64,000 nucleotides of DNA, from NCBI GenBank assembly GCA_963842085.1, contig CAWJET010000002.1:352001-416000 (forward strand). The letters run 5' to 3'. The position numbers were made by a program, and so were the translations under genes. The notes under the pieces were generated by a model. The model was not told the origin of the DNA. It searched no databases and saw only the letters and a program-made list of their open reading frames with translations. This DNA comes from an uncultured delta proteobacterium. Lineage in GTDB: Bacteria > Desulfobacterota > Binatia > Binatales > Binataceae. How positions within the stretch are numbered: position 1 is the stretch's first letter; every line of letters starts with the position of its first letter. Shown here in pieces: positions 58,687 to 64,000 of this stretch.

Positions 58687-59680
58687 GACCGCCCATCATC
58701 CGCGTCACGGTTGCGACGATCGTCGAGGCTTGCGGCAGCGCGGCATCTTCGAGGTGCTTGGCGTAAGGCATCGGAACCTCGGCGCTGCAGATGCGCTCCA
58801 CCGGCAGGTCGAGTTCGTAGAACGCTCCCTCCATAATGCGCGCGCTGATCTCGGCCGAGATGCTGCCGCTGCGCCATCCTTCGTCGATAATCACGGCGCG
58901 ATGCGTGCGCTCGACCGAATCGAGAATCGTCTCGCTGTCGAGCGGCCGCAGCGTGCGCAGATCCACGACCTCCGCCTCGATCCCCGATGCAGCAAGTTGC
59001 TCGGCAGCTTGAATCGTCCTGCCGAGCGTGCCGCCGTAAGTGATCAGGCTTACGTCCGTGCCCGCGCGTCGTATCGCAGCCTTCGAGATCTCAACCGCGC
59101 CCGCATCGGCGGCCATCTCACCCTCCATGTTGTACAGCGTGCCGTGCTCGAAGATGAGCACCGGGTCGGGATCCTCGAGCGCCGTCCACAGCATGCCGCG
59201 CGCGTCTTCCAGAGTGGCCGGCGCGAGCACCTTGATGCCCGGAATATGCGCGTACCATCCCTCGAGGCTATGCGAATGCTGAGCGCCGAGCTGGCGCCCG
59301 GCGCCGGTGGTCATCCTGATCACGAGCGGGATGTTGATCTGACCGCCCGACATATAGAGGATTGTCGCCGCGTTGTTCACGATTTGGTCGAGCGCCAGCA
59401 GGCTGAAATTGACCGTCATGATTTCGACGATGGGCCGCATGCCGTTCATCGCCGCACCGATTCCCGCGCCGACAAACGCGGATTCGGAAAGCGGTGTGTC
59501 GCGGATGCGCTCGGGGCCGAATTCCTCGAGCAATCCCTTGCTCACGGCGTAGCAGCCGCCGTAGGCGCCGACATCTTCGCCCATCAGAAAGACGCGCGGA
59601 TCGCGGATGAGCGCGTCGCGGATCGCCTGGCGCATCGCCTCGCGATAAGTGATCTTCGCTTTCTGCGCGTCGGGACTCAC
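58679..59680 (-). CDS. pdhB: 2-oxoacid dehydrogenase E1 beta
   Basis: [27 protein letters not shown]; GTGA overlap with pdhA. Confidence 0.92.
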   Translation of the reverse strand: MSPDAQKAKITYREAMRQAIRDALIRDPRVFLMGEDVGAYGGCYAVSKGLLEEFGPERIRDTPLSESAFVGAGIGAAMNGMRPIVEIMTVNFSLLALDQIVNNAATILYMSGGQINIPLVIRMTTGAGRQLGAQHSHSLEGWYAHIPGIKVLAPATLEDARGMLWTALEDPDPVLIFEHGTLYNMEGEMAADAGAVEISKAAIRRAGTDVSLITYGGTLGRTIQAAEQLAASGIEAEVVDLRTLRPLDSETILDSVERTHRAVIIDEGWRSGSISAEISARIMEGAFYELDLPVERICSAEVPMPYAKHLEDAALPQASTIVATVTRMMGGHG

Positions 59681-60678
59681 GCCGGCGGCTCCCCTGAGTA
59701 CGAGAAGCGCGTCAGCTCTTCGATCGGCTCCCAAGTGCCGGCCTCGGCGAAAGCGACAGCCTTTTCGATCTCCGCTGCGGCCTCGTCTTCGATGCTCTTC
59801 AATTTCGCGTCATCGAGAACGCCTTGCGCTGTCAGGCGATTCTGAAAGGTTGCGATCGGATCGCGTTTCTTCCATTCCTCGACTTCGCGCTTGTCGCGAT
59901 AGAGCTGCGGATCGTACATCGAGTGCGCGCGAAAGCGATAAGTCCGGAATTCCAGGAAGCACGGTCCCTCGCCGGAGCGCACCGCGAGCGCGGCCCGCTG
60001 CGCGGCTTCCTCGCACGCGACGACGTCCATCCCATCGACCGGCCACGACGCCATTTCGTATGCCGCCGCCTTAAGGCTCAGATCGGTTTGCGACTGCGCG
60101 CGCTTGAGCGCCGTGCCCATCGCGTAAAGATTGTTCTCGCAACACAGCAGCACCGGGAGCTTCCACAACGCCGCCAGGTTCATGCATTCGTGAAACTCGC
60201 CCTCGGCCACCGCGCCGTCACCGAAGAAGCATGCGGTGACGCGAGCGCGATGTTGCAGCTTGTCGGCCAGCGCGAAACCGATCGCGAGCGGCAGCCCGCC
60301 ACCGACGATTGCGTTACCGCCATAGAATCGCGCCGCCGCGTCAAACAGATGCATCGAGCCGCCGCGCCCGCGGCTGCATCCTTCCTGCTTGCCGTACATC
60401 TCGGCCAGGATCGAGTCGGCCGAAACGCCGCGCAGCAGCGCGTGTCCGTGCTCGCGATAGGTCGCGACGACCGAGTCTTCCGGCGTCAACGCGCGCATCG
60501 CGCCGACCGCAACGGCTTCCTCGCCGATATAGAGATGGAGAAATCCGCGGATTTTGGCCGCGCTGTAAAGCTCGGCGGCTTTTTCTTCGAAGCGGCGGAC
60601 GCGGACCATGTCGCGCAGCAGCGCCAGCGCGTGCGCGGCGTCAACATTTTGGGTCGCGATGGTTGGTTGTAGCGCCAT
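59677..60678 (-). CDS. pdhA: Pyruvate dehydrogenase E1 alpha
   Basis: [34 protein letters not shown] motif, RFRAHSM.D. Confidence 0.93.
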   Translation of the reverse strand: MALQPTIATQNVDAAHALALLRDMVRVRRFEEKAAELYSAAKIRGFLHLYIGEEAVAVGAMRALTPEDSVVATYREHGHALLRGVSADSILAEMYGKQEGCSRGRGGSMHLFDAAARFYGGNAIVGGGLPLAIGFALADKLQHRARVTACFFGDGAVAEGEFHECMNLAALWKLPVLLCCENNLYAMGTALKRAQSQTDLSLKAAAYEMASWPVDGMDVVACEEAAQRAALAVRSGEGPCFLEFRTYRFRAHSMYDPQLYRDKREVEEWKKRDPIATFQNRLTAQGVLDDAKLKSIEDEAAAEIEKAVAFAEAGTWEPIEELTRFSYSGEPPA

Positions 60679-60681
60679 GTT

Positions 60682-62445
60682 CTACGAACTCTCCAGCGTT
60701 GAGATGTCGCCCTCGGGCAGGCCGAGCTCGCGCGCCTTGAGCAGCCTGCGCATGATTTTTCCGCTGCGGGTCTTGGGCACGCTGGCGATGCAATCGATTT
60801 CCTTGGGCGCGACCACCGCGCCCAACCGCTTGCGCGCGAAGCCAAGCAGTTCGCTGCGAAGATCGTCGCTCCAGACGAACGACGGCTTGAGCGAGACGAA
60901 TGCCTTGACGATTTCACCGGCCATCGGGTCCGGCTTGCCGATGACCCCCGCCTCCGCGACCGCAGCATGCTCCAGGAGGGTGCTCTCGACTTCGAACGGC
61001 CCGATCAGATGACCCGACGATTTGATCACATCGTCGGCACGCCCAACGAACCAGTAGTAGCCATCGGCGTCGCGCCGCGCGAGGTCGCCAGTGAGATACC
61101 ATCCGCCCAGGAAGCATTTGCGATAGCGCTCGTCTTCATTCAGGTACCCGCGGAACATCGACGGCCAACCGGGCCGCAGCGCAAGTTCGCCCTCGACTCC
61201 AGCTTCGCGAATTTCCTCGACGGTGCCGTCCTTGAGGCGGCGAACGACGCCTGCCTCGATACCAGGAAGCGGGCGGCCCATCGAGCCCGGGCGAATGTCC
61301 ATGGCGGCGAAGTTTGAAATCATAATGCCGCCGGTTTCCGTTTGCCACCAATTGTCGTGAATCGGAAGGCCGAACGCTTCCTGTCCCCATACCACCGCCT
61401 CGGGATTGAGCGGCTCGCCGACGCTGGCGATGAAGCGCAGATGGCGAAGATCGTATTTGCGGATCACCCCGGTCCCGATTTTCATCATCATGCGGACCGC
61501 GGTCGGCGCGGTGTACCAGTTAGTGACCTTCTGCTGTTGCAGCAACGCGTACCATCGCTCCGCATCGAATTCCGCCTCGTCGATGATGCTGGTGATGCCA
61601 TTGGTGAGCGGCGCGATGATTCCGTACGACGTACCCGTGATCCATCCGGGATCGGCCGTGCACCAGAAAATATCGTCGGGATGAAAATCGAGCGCGAAGC
61701 GGCCGGTCACGTGATGCGCGACGACGGCCTGATGCACGTGCATCGCACCTTTGGGCTTGCCGGTGGTTCCGCTGGTGAAATGAAGCAGAGCGAGATCCTC
61801 GGGATCGGTCGGCGGGATGTCGAAATCGTTGCTCGCGTTGTCCATCAACTGGTGGAAATTCTCGGTATTTGGAATCTTGCGAATCTCTTCGGGACTGCCA
61901 ATCAGCAGCACGTGCCTGAGCCCGGGGAGCGAGGCGCGCAAGTCGGCGACTTTGCGTTTGTACAGCGCGACGGTGGTTACCAGCACGCGGCCGTCGCCGA
62001 TGCCGATGCGTTGACGAATCGGTTCCGGACCGAAGGCGGAGAAGAGGGGGCAAAAGACGTTGCCATTTTTCAGCGTCCCGAGCGCGCTGATATAGAGTTC
62101 GGGAATACGCCCAGACAGAAGAAACACCCGCTCGGCTTTGCTGAGACCGAGACCTCGCAGCACGTTCGCAAAGCGGTTGGTGAGGATGCGCAGGTCGGCA
62201 TAAGTGAAATCGCGCGTGTCGCCCGCCTTGCCGATCCATCGCAATGCCAAATGATTGCGGAGGGTACCGGCCGCGTGACGATCGATCGCCTCGTACGCGA
62301 TGTTCAGCCCGCGGCCGCCGGGCAGGCCGTCGAGTTCGCGCCGTGCCGCATCCCACGAAAATCCTGCGCAAACTTTCTCGTAGTCGAGGAGATTCGGGGC
62401 GACCGCCCATCCGCCTTTTGGCTTTTCGATGGTCCTATAGATCAT
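60682..62445 (-). CDS. acsA: AMP-forming acetate--CoA ligase (AcsA type)
   Basis: [39 protein letters not shown]. Confidence 0.92.
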   Translation of the reverse strand: MIYRTIEKPKGGWAVAPNLLDYEKVCAGFSWDAARRELDGLPGGRGLNIAYEAIDRHAAGTLRNHLALRWIGKAGDTRDFTYADLRILTNRFANVLRGLGLSKAERVFLLSGRIPELYISALGTLKNGNVFCPLFSAFGPEPIRQRIGIGDGRVLVTTVALYKRKVADLRASLPGLRHVLLIGSPEEIRKIPNTENFHQLMDNASNDFDIPPTDPEDLALLHFTSGTTGKPKGAMHVHQAVVAHHVTGRFALDFHPDDIFWCTADPGWITGTSYGIIAPLTNGITSIIDEAEFDAERWYALLQQQKVTNWYTAPTAVRMMMKIGTGVIRKYDLRHLRFIASVGEPLNPEAVVWGQEAFGLPIHDNWWQTETGGIMISNFAAMDIRPGSMGRPLPGIEAGVVRRLKDGTVEEIREAGVEGELALRPGWPSMFRGYLNEDERYRKCFLGGWYLTGDLARRDADGYYWFVGRADDVIKSSGHLIGPFEVESTLLEHAAVAEAGVIGKPDPMAGEIVKAFVSLKPSFVWSDDLRSELLGFARKRLGAVVAPKEIDCIASVPKTRSGKIMRRLLKARELGLPEGDISTLESS

Positions 62446-62456
62446 TCGAAAGACTA

Positions 62457-62473
62457 AGCTAGGAATGTGCCAG
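62457..62473 (-). promoter_or_regulatory. sigma54 -24/-12 promoter upstream of acsA
   Basis: CTGGCACATTCCTAGCT, GG-N10-GC; predicted start site falls at the ATG. Confidence 0.55.
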
Positions 62474-62840
62474 CCCCGCGTTGAGGATTTGGTCGTTCAT
62501 AGAGGCGTGTAAGGAGCTTGGAGGTCGGTGTTGTACGCGAACGCAGCCCCGAACGACTGTGAAGCTCCGGCGTCGCGGCCTTTTAGATCACTTCTGTATC
62601 CTTCGGAGACAGCTTATGTGAGGCGTAAGGCGACAGGTGCCCCGCATTTCCTTTGATCGGTCGCGACTGAGAAAGCCCCCGGAAATATTATGACAGACAG
62701 CTCAGATCGTTAGTGCCGAGATTGGCATCTCCAAAACCAGCACGCCTGATGCTCTGCCAAAAGATCAAATGCCGATCGCGGGTGAGCTCACATGATAGAG
62801 CGCGGATTGACCTGGCGTCACCTCGGCAGCAATCGCGAAT

Positions 62841-63848
62841 TCAGAGCTTGCTCGCGATGTAGCCAGTCACATCGACCAGGCGGTTCGCATAGCCCCACTC
62901 ATTGTCGTACCAGGCGAACACCTTGGCGAGGCGCCCTCCGATCACCTTGGTCAAAGGCGAGTCGAGAATCGAAGAGCTGGGGTTGCCGTTGAAATCGCTC
63001 GATACCAGCGGCTCCTCGCAATACTCCAGGATTCCCTTTAGCTCTCCTTCCGCCGCTGTCTTCATCGCGAGGTTAATCGCCTTGCTGTCGGCATCGCGTT
63101 CGAGCAATGCACAGAGATCGACCAGCGACACGTTTGGGGTCGGCACTCGCACCGCGATTCCGTCCAGCTTCCCTTTCAGCGCGGGGATGACCAACCCGAT
63201 CGCGCGCGCGGCCCCGGTCGAAGTCGGTATCATCGACATCGCGGCGGCGCGCGCCCTGCGCGGATCCTTGTGCGGCGCGTCGAGCAATTTCTGATCGTTC
63301 GTATAGGCGTGCACCGTGGTCATCAGTCCATGCACGATGCCGAAATTCTCGTGCAGAACCTTTGCGATGGGGGCCAGGCAGTTGGTCGTACACGATGCAT
63401 TCGAGACGATCTCATGCTTCTTGGGGTCATAGTCGCGCTGGTTAACCCCCATGCAGAGTGTCGCGTCCGCCCCCTCGCCGGGCGCGCTCAGGACGACCTT
63501 TTTCGCGCCGGCACTCAGATGTGCCGCCGCCTTGTCCCGCGAGGTGAAATGTCCGCTCGACTCGACCACCAGCTGTACGCCGAGCCGCGACCATGGCAAC
63601 CGCGCCGGATCATGCTATGAGAGCGCTTCGAACGAGTGCCCGTTCACCATCACGTGCGAACCCTCGACCTTGACTTGCTCCGAAAGCGTTCCATGCACGG
63701 AATCGTATTTGAGCAAACGGCTCAGGTTTTCAGCGCTGGTCACGTCATTGACCGCCACGATTTCAAACGAAGCACGTTTCTGAATCGCCGCGCGATAAAA
63801 CATCCTGCCCGTGCGGCCGAAGCCGTTGATCCCAACTCGAATTGCCAT
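62841..63848 (-). pseudogene. gap: Glyceraldehyde-3-phosphate dehydrogenase interrupted by an in-frame TAG (63615-63617)
   Basis: GINGFGR, KYDSVHG, then [12 protein letters not shown] in the same frame, [20 protein letters not shown]. Confidence 0.88.
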
Positions 63849-63879
63849 AGTACACCTCCAAAATGATGCGAACTGAAAG

Positions 63880-63896
63880 AGCATTGAATATGCCAG
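63880..63896 (-). promoter_or_regulatory. sigma54 -24/-12 promoter upstream of gap
   Basis: CTGGCATATTCAATGCT, GG-N10-GC. Confidence 0.62.
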
Positions 63897-64000
63897 TCGT
63901 GTTTGAGAGGGCATCTTCTGGTCCTGCCTGGGGATTTCTGCTGCATGGGTTTTGCTTCGTGACCGGGGTAGGACGGCCATCGGCAACTGCACCAATGGCA

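Noticed and set aside
63615-63617. Genetic-code change or pyrrolysine at TAG
   Set aside because: TAG terminates many intact genes in this window, prfA is intact, and no pyl genes are seen

Overview
GC-rich bacterial chromosomal window; gene content and style suggest a deltaproteobacterial / Candidatus Binatota-like organism (inference only). Most of it is housekeeping and metabolism: uvrC, comEC, an isobutyryl-CoA-mutase-type B12 cluster, rpmE-prfA-prmC-murA-hisD-hisB-hisA, sppA, a D-Ala-D-Ala carboxypeptidase, gshA-gspC, glpK, lptB, an acsA-pdhABC-ACP operon and a gap gene broken by an in-frame TAG. The strongest candidate system is a three-gene RiPP locus at 45.7-47.9 kb. It encodes a signal-peptide-like precursor ending in a 27-aa core with 10 Trp and six W-x-N motifs, a GrrM/OscB-type cyclophane-forming radical SAM/SPASM enzyme, and an uncharacterised third gene. 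The enzyme family is known; the locus composition may not be. Other notable items: a 2,036-bp IS1595-family element with TIRs, a near-perfect 8-bp TSD and two passenger ORFs, inserted beside a tandemly duplicated parS-containing non-coding module; a 50-bp MITE with a perfect TSD; a DHDPS-family aldolase coupled to a PfkB-SIS fusion (possible Kdo/arabinose salvage); three similar sigma54 promoters; orphan NrdR-like boxes; and many apparently leaderless promoters. No rRNA, tRNA or CRISPR array was recognised. All family assignments come from motif recognition by eye, not from database searches.
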